Assembly: GCA_964035545.1 (NCBI GenBank)
Contig: CAXIUT010000103.1
Span: forward strand, 124,001-188,000
Length of the DNA stretch: 64,000 bases
Direction of reading: 5' to 3'
Source of the DNA: Bugula neritina
Lineage: Eukaryota; Animalia; Bryozoa
Shown here: positions 22,901-36,413 of the stretch, piece by piece
How the letters are laid out: each line of letters starts with the position of its first letter
Numbering within the stretch: the first letter of the stretch is position 1
Notes under the pieces: model-generated
Databases searched by the model: none
Told to the model about the DNA's origin: nothing
The model's input: the letters and a program-made list of their open reading frames with translations, nothing else
Made by a program: the position numbers and the translations under genes

Positions 22901-25900
22901 CATAACTCTACAGTGCTTCACCTCTTTAACTTTTTCGGCAATGTTATTCCTTTCTAGTTAGAAGTATTAGCTGAATATAGGACTATGAAACATAACCCTT
23001 CAATTTCATTGCACCAGCACCGGTTGCAAGATAGGTATAGTGGGAGTTATCTTTCCTAAAATTTTGTTCCTGGCGTTTATACGAAGCAGACACAGGCTGA
23101 TATTAGTTTAGTTATTTGAAAGAGTTTTGCTGTCATATTGTCCATCAGCAGGAGCTTGCGCCTTGCGGTTATTATGGAAATACCAGTGATGCTGCAAGAC
23201 CTTTGCATTGTACACCCGCCTTTACTATTGAATTTAGATGTTTTATTTTCCCCTCCCCTCTCCCTCCCCCCTGTCCCCTCTAACAACCAGTAATCCTGAC
23301 TCATGTAAAATGTGTTATTGTTTTAGAGTTGAACCATGGGCCTACAGTATACGATTTGAAGCCCTATAGTTTACAGGCAGTCAAGATGAGTCACTGCTGA
23401 AACCCATTTTATTAGTAGACTATATTGCTCTTCAATCATCAGTTTTCATATTAAAACAGAAAGCTCATCTGCAGCACCATTTCACAGTGTTATATTTTGC
23501 TAGAGCAATAACTAATTTTAGATGCCTTTGCAAACGTATGAGAAATAAATGAGTCATTTTATGAAAAGAGGTGTTTGCAGCAATTGTCCACTTTTGATTT
23601 AGACGCGGCATGGAAAGTTTTGTAGTTTTAAATAATATCTCCAAACTCATCACTTGCATGTGTTTAGATACTTGATAAAGTTTTGTATGCAAAATTTGAT
23701 GCCCGCTTCAATGACACCAGTGCTTAATTACTGTGTTAACTGTATTGGCACAATGCCATGAGATATTTGGTAAAATTTCGCATCACAACAAACTCTTCAG
23801 AAAATTAAGAAATTCAGTCTAGAAAGTTAATGAAATAAACCTACCAGAGAGAGTAAGCCAGATGTGACAAGTTGATCCAAAAGAAGTTGATTAACAGTTG
23901 AAGTTGAAGTCTCCATGTAGTGAACACTTTAGTCCTAATGTCAAATGCAAACGTCTGCAACCAAACTGTGTAGACTTCATGAGCTGGTTAGCTGACAGGA
24001 CTCATTAAAGTTCTTAACTCGCGTGTGTATGGTGATGCCCATCTTGAACTAGAGAGGGCTGACTAAAGAATGCTACTTTGTGAAAATTGACAATGCATAT
24101 TAATATTATTCATTGTTGAGATTCACGACTGCCATAAACAATGATAAAATATTCATTGTTGGTACTAGTGAGTAGAATAAAATATAATATAATATTTTCT
24201 TGAGAGATAAACAATATCATATACAGAATCTAACTTACCATAACTCTACAGTGCTTCACCTCTTTAACTTTTTCGGCAATGTCATTCCTTTCTAGTTAGA
24301 AGTATTAGCTGAATATAGGACTATGAAACATAACCCTTCAATTTCATTGCACCAGCACCGGTTGCAAGATAGGTGTAGTGGGAGTTATCTTTCCTAAAAT
24401 TTTGTTCCTGGCGTTTATACGAAGCAGACACAGGCTGATATTAGTTTAGTTATTTGAAAGAGTTTTGCTGTCATATTGTCCATCAGCAGGAGCTTGCGCC
24501 TTGCGGTTATTATGGAAATACCAGTGATGCTGCAAGACCTTTGCATTGTACACCCGCCTTTACTATTGAATTTAGATGTTTTATTTTCCCCTCCCCTCTC
24601 CCTCCCCCCTGTCCCCTCTAACAACCAGTAATCCTGACTCATGTAAAATGTGTTATTGTTTTAGAGTTGAACCATGGGCCTACAGTATACGATTTGAAGC
24701 CTTATAGTTTACAGGCAGTCAAGATGAGTCACTGCTGAAACCCATTTTATTAGTAGACTATATTGCTCTTCAATCATCAGTTTTCATATTAAAAGAGAAA
24801 GCTCATTTGCAGCACCATTTCACAGTGTTATATTTTGCTAGAGCAATAACTAATTTTAGATGCCTTTGCAAACGTATGAGAAATAAATGAGTCATTTTAT
24901 GAAAAGAGGTGTTTGCAGCAATTGTCCACTTTTGATTTAGACGCGGCATGGAAAGTTTTGTAGTTTTAAATAATATCTCCAAACTCATCACTTGCATGTG
25001 TTTAGATACTTGATAAAGTTTTGTATGCAAAATTTGATGCCTGCTTCAATGACACCAGTGCTTAATTACTGTGTTAACTGTATTGGCACAATGCCATGAG
25101 ATATTTGGTAATATTTCGCATCACAACAAACTCTTCAGAAAATGAAGAAAATCAGTCTAGAAAGTTAATGAAATAAACCTACCAGAGAGAGTAAGCCAGA
25201 TGTGACAAGTTGATCCAAAACAAGTTGATTAACAGTTGAAGTTGAAGTCTCCAGGTAGTGAACACTTTAGTCCTAATGTCAAATGCAAACGTCTGCAACC
25301 AAACTGTGTAGACTTCATGAGCTGGTTAGCTGGCAGGACTCATTAAAGTTCTTAACTCTCGTGTGTATGGTGATGCCCATCTTGAACTAGAGAGGGCTGA
25401 CTAAAGAATGCTACTTTGTGAAAATTGACAATGCATATTATTATTATTCATTGTTGAGATTCACGACTGCCATAAACAATGATAAATTATTCATTGTTGG
25501 TACTAGTGAGTAAATTAAAATATAATATAATATTTTCTTGACAGATAAATAATATCGTATACAGAATCTAACTTACCATAACTCTACAGTGCTTCACCTC
25601 TTGAAATTTTTGGCAATGTTATTTCTTTCTAGTTAGAAGTACTAGCTGAATATAGGACTATGAAACATAACCCTTCAATTTCATTGCACCAGCACCGGTT
25701 GCAAGATAGGTGTGGTGGGAGTTATCTTTCCTAAAATTTCGTTCTTGGCGTTTATACGAAGCAGACAGAGGCTGATATTAGTTTAGTTATTTGAAAGAGT
25801 TTTGCTGTCATATTGTCCATCAGCAGGAGCTTGCGCCTTGCAGTTATTATGGAAATACCAGTGATGCTGCAAGACCTTTGCATTGTACACCCGCCTTCAC

Positions 25901-28900
25901 TATTGAATTTAGAGGTTTAATTTTCCCCTCCCCTCTCCCTCCCCCCTGTCCCCTCTAACAACCAGTAATCCTGACTCATGTAAAATGTGTTATTGTTTTA
26001 GAGTTGGACCATGGGCCTACAGTATACGATTTGAAGCTTCATAGTTTACAGGCAGTCGAGATGAGTCATTGCTGAAACCAATTTTTATTAGTAGACTATA
26101 TTGCTCTTCAATCATCAGTTTTCATATTAAAACAGAAAGCTCATCCGCAGCACCATTTCACAGTGTTATATTTTGCTAGAGCAATAACTAATTTTAGATG
26201 CCTTTGCAAACATATGAGAAATAAATGAGTCATTCTATGAAAAGAGGTGTTTGCAGCAATTGTCCACTTTTGATTTAGACGCGGCATGGAAACTTTTGTA
26301 GTTTTAAATAATATCTCCAAACTCATCACTTGCATGTGTTTAGATACTTGATAAAGTTTTTTATGCAAAATTTGATGCCTGCTTCAAAAACACCAGTGCT
26401 TAATTACTGTGTTAACTGTATTGGCACGTTGCCATGAGATATTTGGTAATATTTCGCATTTCAACAAATTCTTCAGAAAGTTAAGAAAATTAGTCTGAAA
26501 AGTTAATGAAATAAACCCACCAGAGAGAGTAAGCCAGATGTGACAAGTAGATCCAAAATAAGTTGATTAACAGTTGAAGTTGAAATCTCCATGTAGTGAA
26601 CACTTAGTCCTAATGTCAAATGCAAACGTCTGCTACCAAACTGTGTAGACTTCATGAGCTGGTTAGCTGACAGGACTCATTAAAGTTCTTAACTCTTGTG
26701 TGTATGGTGATGCCCATCTTGAACTAGAGAGGGCTGACTAAAGACTGCTACTTTGTGAAAATTGACAATGCATATTATTATTATTCATTGTTGAGATTCA
26801 CGACTGCCATAAACAATGATAAATTATTCATTGTTTGTACTAGTGAGTAAATTAAAATATAATATAATATTTTCTTGACAGATAAATAATATCGTATACA
26901 GAATCTAACTTACCATAACTCTAAAGTGCTTCACCTCTTCAAATTTTTCGGCAATGTTATTTCTTTCTAGTTAGAAGTACTAGCTGAATATAGGACTATG
27001 AAACATAACCCTTCAATTTCATTGCACAAGCACCGGTTGCAAGATAGGTGTGGTGGGAGTTATCTTTCCTAAAATTTCGTTCTTGGCGTTTATACGAAGC
27101 AGACACAGGCTAATATTAGTTTAGTTATTTGAAAGAGTTTTGCTGTCATATTGTCCATCAGCAGGAGCTGACGCCTTGCAGTTATTATGGAAATACCAGT
27201 GATGCTGGAAGACCTTTGCATTGTACACCCGCCTTTACTATTGAATTTAGATGTTTTATTTTCCCCTCCCCTCTCCCTCCCCCCTGTCCCCTCTAACAAC
27301 CAGTAATCCTGACTCATGTAAAATGTGTTATTGTTTTAGAGTTGGACCATGGGCCTAGAGTATACAATTTGAAGCTTTATAGTTTACAGGCAGTCGAGAT
27401 GAGTCATTGCTGAAACCAATTTTTATTAGTAGACTATATTGCTCTTCAATCACCAGTTTTCATATTAAAACAGAAAGCTCATCCGCCGCACCATTTCACA
27501 GTGTTATACTTTGCTAGAGCAATAACTAATTTTAGATGCCTTTGCAAACATATGAGAAATAAATGAGTCATTCTATGAAAAGAGGTGTTTGCAGCAATTG
27601 TCCACTTTTGATTTAGATGCGGCATGGAAACTTTTGTAGTTTTAAATAATATCTCCAAACTCATCATTTGCATGTGTTTAGATACTTGATAAAGTTTTGT
27701 ATGCAAAATTTGATGCCTGCTTCAATGACACCAGTGCTTAATTACTGTGTTAACTGTATTGGCACAATGCCATGAGATATTTGGTAATATTTCGCATCAC
27801 AACAAACTCTTCAGAAAATGAAGAAAATCAGTCTAGAAAGTTAATGAAATAAACCTACCAGAGAGAGTAAGCCAGATGTGACAAGTTGATCCAAAACAAG
27901 TTGATTAACAGTTGAAGTTGAAGTCTCCATGTAGTGAACACTTTAGTCCTAATGTCAAATGCAAACGTCTGCTACCAAACTGTGTAGACTTCATGAGCTG
28001 GTTAGCTGACAGGACTCATTAAAGTTCTTAACTCTTGTGTGTATGGTGATGCCCATCTTGAACTAGAGAGGGCTGACTAAAGACTGCTACTTTGTGAAAA
28101 TTGACAATGCATATTATTATTATTCATTGTTGAGATTCACGACTGCCATAAACAATGATAAATTATTCATTGTTGGTACTAGTGAGTAAATTAAAATATA
28201 ATATAATATTTTCTTGACAGATAAATAATATCGTATACAGAATCTAACTTACCATAACTCTAAAGTGCTTCACCTCTTCAAATTTTTCGGCAATGTTATT
28301 TCTTTCTAGTTAGAAGTACTAGCTGAATATAGGACTATGAAACATAACCCTTCAATTTCATTGCACCAGCACCGGTTGCAAGATAGGTGTGGTGGGAGTT
28401 ATCTTTCCTAAAATTTCGTTCTTGGCGTTTATACGAAGCAGACACAGGCTAATATTAGTTTAGTTATTTGAAAGAGGTTTGCTGTCATATTGTCCATCAG
28501 CAGGAGCTGACGCCTTGCAGTTATTATGGAAATACCAGTGATGCTGGAAGACCTTTGCATTGTACACCCGCCTTTACTATTGAATTTAGATGTTTTATTT
28601 TCCCCTCCCCTCTCCCTCCCCCCTGTCCCCTCTAACAACCAGTAATCCTGACTCATGTAAAATGTGTTATTGTTTTAGAGTTGGACCATGGGCCTAGAGT
28701 ATACGATTTGAAGCTTTATAGTTTACAGGCAGTCGAGATGAGTCATTGCTGAAACCAATTTTTATTAGTAGACTATATTGCTCTTCAATCATCAGTTTTC
28801 ATATTAAAACAGAAAGCTCATCCGCCGCACCATTTCACAGTGTTATATTTTGCTAGAGCAATAACTAATTTTAGATGCCTTTGCAAACATATGAGAAATA

Positions 28901-31900
28901 AATGAGTCATTCTATGAAAAGAGGTGTTTGCAGCAATTGTCCACTTTTGATTTAGACGCGGCATGGAAACTTTTGTAGTTTTAAATAATATCTCCAAACT
29001 CATCACTTGCATGTGTTTAGATACTTGATAAAGTTTTGTATGCAAAAATTGATGCCTGCTTCAATGACACCAGTGCTTAATTACTGTGTTAACTGTATTG
29101 GCACAATGCCATGAGATATTTGGTAATATTTCGCATCACAACAAACTCTTCAGAAAATTAAGAAAATCAGTCTAGAAAGTTAATGAAATAAACCTACCAG
29201 AGAGAATAAGCCGGATGTGACAAGTTGATCCAAAACAAGTTGATTAACAGTTGAAGTTGAAGTCTCCATGTAGTGAACACTTTAGTCCTAATGTCAAATG
29301 CAAACGTCTGCAACCAAACTGTGTAGACTTCATGAGCTGGTTAGCTGACAGGACTCATTAAAGTTCTTAACTCTTGTGTGTATGGTGATGCCCATCTTGA
29401 ACTAGAGAGGGCTGACTAAAGACTGCTACTTTGTGAAAATTGACAATGCATATTATTATTATTCATTGTTGAGATTCACGACTGCCATAAACAATGATAA
29501 ATTATTCATTGTTGGTACTAGTGAGTAAATTAAAATATAATATAATATTTTCTTGACAGATAAATAATATCGTATACAGAATCTAACTTACCATAACTCT
29601 AAAGTGCTTCACCTCTTCAAATTTTTCGGCAATGTTATTTCTTTCTAGTTAGAAGTACTAGCTGAATATAGGACTATGAAACATAACCCTTCAATTTCAT
29701 TGCACCAGCACCGGTTGCAAGATAGGTGTGGTGGGAGTTATCTTTCCTAAAATTTCGTTCTTGGCGTTTATACGAAGCAGACACAGGCTAATATTAGTTT
29801 AGTTATTTGAAAGAGTTTTGCTGTCATATTGTCCATCAGCAGGAGCATGCGCCTTGCAGTTATTATGGAAATACCAGTGATGCTGGAAGACCTTTGCATT
29901 GTACACTCGCCTTTACTATTGAATTTAGATGTTTTATTTTCCCCTCCCCTCTCCCTCCCCCCTGTCCCCTCTAACAACCAGTAATCCTGACTCATGTAAA
30001 ATGTGTTATTGTTTCAGAGTTGGACCATGGGCCTACAGTATACGATTTGAAGCTTCATAGTTTACAGGCAGTCGAGATGAGTCATTGCTGAAACCAATTT
30101 TTATTAGTAGACTATATTGCTCTTCAATCATCAGTTTTCATATTAAAAGAGAAATCTCATCTGCAGCACCATTTCACAGTGTTATTTTTTGCTAGAGCAA
30201 TAACTAATTTTAGATGCCTTTGCAAACATATGAGAAATAAATGAGTCATTCTATGAAAAGAGGTGTTTGCAGCAATTGTCCACTTTTGATTTAGACGCGG
30301 CATGGAAACTTTTGTAGTTTTAAATAATATCTCCAAACTCATCACTTGCATGTGTTTAGATACTTGATAAAGTTTTGTATGCAAAATTTGATGCCTGCTT
30401 CAATGACACCAGTGCTTAATTACTGTGTTAACTGTATTGGCACAATGCCATGAGATATTTGGTAATATTTCGCATCACAACAAACTCTTCAGAAAATTAA
30501 GAAAATCAGTCTAGAAAGTTAATGAAATAAACCTACCAGAGAGAATAAGCCAGATGTGACAAGTTGATCCAAAACAAGTTGATTAACAGTTGAAGTTGAA
30601 GTCTCCATGTAGTGAACACTTTAGTCCTAATGTCAAATGCAAACGTCTGCAACCAAACTGTGTAGACTTCATGAGCTGGTTAGCTGACAGGACTCATTAA
30701 AGTTCTTAACTCTTGTGTGTATGGTGATGCCCATCTTGAACTAGAGAGGGCTGACTAAAGACTGCTACTTTGTGAAAATTGACAATGCATATTATTATTA
30801 TTCATTGTTGAGATTCACGACTGCCATAAACAATGATAAATTATTCATTGTTGGTACTAGTGAGTAAATTAAAATATAATATAATGTTTTCTTGACAGAT
30901 AAATAATATCGTATACAGAATCTAACTTACCATAACTCTACAGTGCTTCACCTCTTCAAATTTTTCGGCAATGTTATTTCTTTCTAGTTAGAAGTACTAG
31001 CTGAATATAGGACTATGAAACATAACCCTTCAATTTCATTGCACCAGCACCGGTTGCAAGATAGGTGTGGTGGGAGTTATCTTTCCTAAAATTTCGTTCT
31101 TGGCGTTTATACGAAGCAGACACAGGCTAATATTAGTTTAGTTATTTGAAAGAGTTTTGCTGTCATATTGTCCATCAGCAGGAGCATGCGCCTTGCAGTT
31201 ATTATGGAAATACCAGTGATGCTGGAAGACCTTTGCATTGTACACCTGCCTTTACTATTGAATTTAGATGTTTTATTTTCCCCTCCCCTCTCCCTCCCCC
31301 CTGTCCCCTCTAACAACCAGTAATCCTGACTCATGTAAAATGTGTTATTGTTTTAGAGTTGGACCATGGGCCTACAGTATACGATTTGAAGCTTCATAGT
31401 TTACAGGCAGTCGAGATGAGTCATTGCTGAAACCAATTTTTATTAGTAGACTATATTGCTCTTCAATCATCAGTTTTCATATTAAAACAGAAAGCTCATC
31501 CGCAGCACCATTTCACAGTGTTATATTTTGCTAGAGCAATAACTAATTTTAGATGCCTTTGCAAACATATGAGAAATAAATGAGTCATTCTATGAAAAGA
31601 GGTGTTTGCAGCAATTGTCCACTTTTGATTTAGACGCGGCATAGAAACTTTTGTAGTTTTAAATAATATCTCCAATCTCATCACTTGCATGTGTTTAGAT
31701 ACTTGATAAAGTTTTTTATGCAAAACTTGATGCCTGCTTCAATGACACCAGTGCTTAATTACTGTGTTAACTGTATTGGCACGTTGCCATGAGATATTTG
31801 GTAATATTTCGCATCACAACAAACTCTTCAGAAAATGAAGAAAATCAGTCTAGAAAGTTAATGAAATAAACCTACCAGAGAGAGTAAGCCAGATGTGACA

Positions 31901-32388
31901 AGTTGATCCAAAACAGGTTGATTAACAGTTGAAGTTGAAGTCTCCATGTAGTGAACACTTTAGTCCTAATGTCAAATGCAAACGTCTGCTACCAAACTGT
32001 GTAGACTTCATGAGCTGGTTAGCTGACAGGACTCATTAAAGTTCTTAACTCTTGTGTGTATGGTGATGCCCATCTTGAACTAGAGAGGGCTGACTAAAGA
32101 CTGCTACTTTGTGAAAATTGACAATGCATATTATTATTATTCATTGTTGAGATTCACGACTGCCATAAACAATGATAAATTATTCATTGTTGGTACTAGT
32201 GAGTAAATTAAAATATAATATAATATTTTCTTGACAGATAAATAATATCGTATACAGAATCTAACTTACCATAACTCTACAGTGCTTCACCTCTTCAAAT
32301 TTTTCGGCAATGTTATTTCTTTCTAGTTAGAAGTACTAGCTGAATATAGGACTATGAAACATAACCCTTCAATTTCATTGCACAAGCA
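10961..32388. repeat. Subfamily B block (~16 units, 1337-1339 bp), with B1, B2 and B3 variants
   Basis: Diagnostic B alleles: ATACAGAATCTAAC, TTTCTAGTTAG, CAGCAGGAGC, TTAGACGCGG, GACTAAAGA, plus two 3-bp deletions relative to most A units. Confidence 0.93.
12090..29500. repeat. Higher-order duplication: a 6-unit block followed by a 7-unit copy with one extra unit
   Basis: Private SNPs recur at +8029 (TAACATCC; CCCATCCTGA 14677/22706) and then at +9367 (B3 unit 16096/25463; AGCCGGATG 19846/29213). Confidence 0.88.
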
Positions 32389-35170
32389 CCAAATGCAAGA
32401 TAGGTGTGTTGGGAGTTATCTTTCCCAAAATTTTGTTCTTGGTGTTTATACGAAGCAGACACAGGCTAATATTAGTTTTGTTATTTGTAAGAGTTTTTCT
32501 GTCTGATTGTCCATCAGCAAAAGTTTGGCCTTGCAGTTATTATGGAAATACCAGTGATGCTGGAAGACCTTTGCATTGTACACCCGCCTTTACTATTGAA
32601 TTTAGATGTTTTATTTTCCCATCCCCTCTCCTGCCCCCCTGTCCCCTCTAACAACCAGCAATCCTGACTCATGTGAATTGTGTTATTGTTCTAGAGTTGG
32701 CCCATGGGCCTACAGTATACGATTTGAAGCTTTATAGTTTACAGGCAGTGGAGATGAGTCACTGCTAAAACCCATTTTGTTAGTAGACTATATTGCTCTT
32801 CAATCATCAGTTTTCATATTAAAAGAGAAAGCTCATCTGCAGCGCCATTTCACAGTGTTTTATTTTGCCAGAGCGATAACTAATTTTAGATGCCTTTGCA
32901 AACATATGAGAAATAAATGAGTCATTCTATGAAAAGAGGTGTTTGCAGCAATTGTCCACTTTTGATTTACAAGCGGCATGGAAACTTTTGTCGTTTTAAA
33001 TAATATCACCAAACTCATCACTTGCATGTTTTTATAGACTTGATAAATTTTTTTATGCAAAACTTGATGCCTGCTTCAAAGATACCAGTGCTTAATTACT
33101 GTGTTAACTGTATTGGCACGTTGCCATGAGATATTTGGTAATATTTCACATCACAACAAACTCTTCAGAAAGTTAAGAAAATCAGTCTAGAAAGTTAATG
33201 AAATAAACCTACCAGAAAGAGTGAGCCAGATATAACAAGTAGATCCAAAACAATTAGTTGATTAACAATTGAAGTTGAAATCTCCATGTAGTCAACACTT
33301 TAGTCCTAATGTCAAATGCAAACGTCTGCAACCAAACTGTGTAGACTTCATGAGCTGGTTAGCTGAAAGGACTCATTAAAGTTCTTAACTCTTGTGTGTA
33401 TAGTGATGCCCATCTTGAACTAGAGAGGGCTGACTGAAGACTGCTACTTTGTGAAAATTGACAATGCATATTATTATTATTCATTGTTGAGATTCACGAC
33501 TGCCATAAACAATGATAAAATATTCATTGTTGGTACTACTGAGTAGATTAAAATATAATATAATATTATTTTCTGGACAAATAAATAATATCAAATGCAT
33601 ATTATAACTTACCATAAATCTACAGTGCTTCACATCTTCACCTTTTTCTGCAATGTTATTTCTTTGCAGTTAGAAGTACTAGCTGAATATATGACTATGA
33701 AACATAACCCTTCAATTTCATTGCACCAGCATCAGTTGCAAGATAGGTGTGTTGGGAGTTATCTTTCCCAAAATTTTGTTCTTGGTGTTTATACGAAGCA
33801 GACACAGGCTAATATTAGTTTTGTTATTTGCAAGAGTTTTTCTGTCTGATTGTCCATCAGCAAAAGTTTGGCCTTGCAGTTATTATGGAAATACCAGTGA
33901 TGCTGGAAGACCTTTGCATTGTACACCCGCCTTTACTATTGAATTTAGATGTTTTATTTTCCCATCCCCTCTCCTGCCCCCCTGTCCCCTCTAACAACCA
34001 GCAATCCTGACTCATGTGAATTGTGTTATTGTTCTAGAGTTGGCCCATGGGCCTACAGTATACGATTTGAAGCTTTATAGTTTACAGGCAGTGGAGATGA
34101 GTCACTGCTAAAACCCATTTTGTTAGTAGACTATATTGCTCTTCAATCATCAGTTTTCATATTAAAAGAGAAAGCTCATCTGCAGCGCCATTTCACAGTG
34201 TTTTATTTTGCCAGAGCGATAACTAATTTTAGATGCCTTTGCAAACATATGAGAAATAAATGAGTCATTCTATGAAAAGAGGTGTTTGCAGCAATTGTCC
34301 ACTTTTGATTTACAAGCGGCATGGAAACTTTTGTCGTTTTAAATAATATCACCAAACTCATCACTTGCATGTTTTTATAGACTTGATAAATTTTTTTATG
34401 CAAAACTTGATGCCTGCTTCAAAGATACCAGTGCTTAATTACTGTGTTAACTGTATTGGCACGTTGCCATGAGATATTTGGTAATATTTCACATCACAAC
34501 AAACTCTTCAGAAAGTTAAGAAAATCAGTCTAGAAAGTTAATGAAATAAACCTACCAGAAAGAGTGAGCCAGATATAACAAGTAGATCCAAAACAATTAG
34601 TTGATTAACAATTGAAGTTGAAATCTCCATGTAGTCAACACTTTAGTCCTAATGTCAAATGCAAACGTCTGCAACCAAACTGTGTAGACTTCATGAGCTG
34701 GTTAGCTGAAAGGACTCATTAAAGTTCTTAACTCTTGTGTGTATAGTGATGCCCATCTTGAACTAGAGAGGGCTGACTGAAGACTGCTACTTTGTGAAAA
34801 TTGACAATGCATATTATTATTATTCATTGTTGAGATTCACGACTGCCATAAACAATGATAAAATATTCATTGTTGGTACTACTGAGTAGATTAAAATATA
34901 ATATAATATTATTTTCTGGACAAATAAATAATATCAAATGCATATTATAACTTACCATAAATCTACAGTGCTTCACATCTTCACCTTTTTCTGCAATGTT
35001 ATTTCTTTGCAGTTAGAAGTACTAGCTGAATATATGACTATGAAACATAACCCTTCAATTTCATTGCACCAGCATCAGTTGCAAGATAGGTGTGTTGGGA
35101 GTTATCTTTCCCAAAATTTTGTTCTTGGTGTTTATACGAAGCAGACACAGGCTAATATTAGTTTTGTTAT
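32389..35170. repeat. Subfamily A block (~2 units)
   Basis: A alleles resume at ~32391 (CACCAAATGCAAG) and end between 35165 and 35174. Confidence 0.9.
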
Positions 35171-36413
35171 TTGAAAGAGTTTTGCTGTCATATTGTCCAT
35201 CAGCAGGAGCATGCGCCTTGCAGTTATTATGGAAATACCAGTGATGCTGGAAGACCTTTGCATTGTACACCTGCCTTTACTATTGAATTTAGATGTTTTA
35301 TTTTCCCCTCCCCTCTCCCTCCCCCCTGTCCCCTCTAACAACCAGTAATCCTGACTCATGTAAAATGTGTTATTGTTTTAGAGTTGGACCATGGGCCTAC
35401 AGTATACGATTTGAAGCTTCATAGTTTACAGGCAGTCGAGATGAGTCATTGCTGAAACCAATTTTTATTAGTAGACTATATTGCTCTTCAATCATCAGTT
35501 TTCATATTAAAACAGAAAGCTCATCCGCAGCACCATTTCACAGTGTTATATTTTGCTAGAGCAATAACTAATTTTAGATGCCTTTGCAAACATATGAGAA
35601 ATAAATGAGTCATTCTATGAAAAGAGGTGTTTGCAGCAATTGTCCACTTTTGATTTAGACGCGGCATAGAAACTTTTGTAGTTTTAAATAATATCTCCAA
35701 TCTCATCACTTGCATGTGTTTAGATACTTGATAAAGTTTTTTATGCAAAACTTGATGCCTGCTTCAATGACACCAGTGCTTAATTACTGTGTTAACTGTA
35801 TTGGCACGTTGCCATGAGATATTTGGTAATATTTCGCATCACAACAAACTCTTCAGAAAATGAAGAAAATCAGTCTAGAAAGTTAATGAAATAAACCTAC
35901 CAGAGAGAGTAAGCCAGATGTGACAAGTTGATCCAAAACAGGTTGATTAACAGTTGAAGTTGAAGTCTCCATGTAGTGAACACTTTAGTCCTAATGTCAA
36001 ATGCAAACGTCTGCTACCAAACTGTGTAGACTTCATGAGCTGGTTAGCTGACAGGACTCATTAAAGTTCTTAACTCTTGTGTGTATGGTGATGCCCATCT
36101 TGAACTAGAGAGGGCTGACTAAAGACTGCTACTTTGTGAAAATTGACAATGCATATTATTATTATTCATTGTTGAGATTCACGACTGCCATAAACAATGA
36201 TAAATTATTCATTGTTGGTACTAGTGAGTAAATTAAAATATAATATAATATTTTCTTGACAGATAAATAATATCGTATACAGAATCTAACTTACCATAAC
36301 TCTACAGTGCTTCACCTCTTCAAATTTTTCGGCAATGTTATTTCTTTCTAGTTAGAAGTACTAGCTGAATATAGGACTATGAAACATAACCCTTCAATTT
36401 CATTGCACAAGCA
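35171..36413. repeat. Subfamily B2 segment (~0.9 unit), copy of ~31146-32388
   Basis: Shares CACCTGCC, GGCATAGAAA, AAACAGGTTG and GCACAAGC with the segment 4025 bp upstream. Confidence 0.9.
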
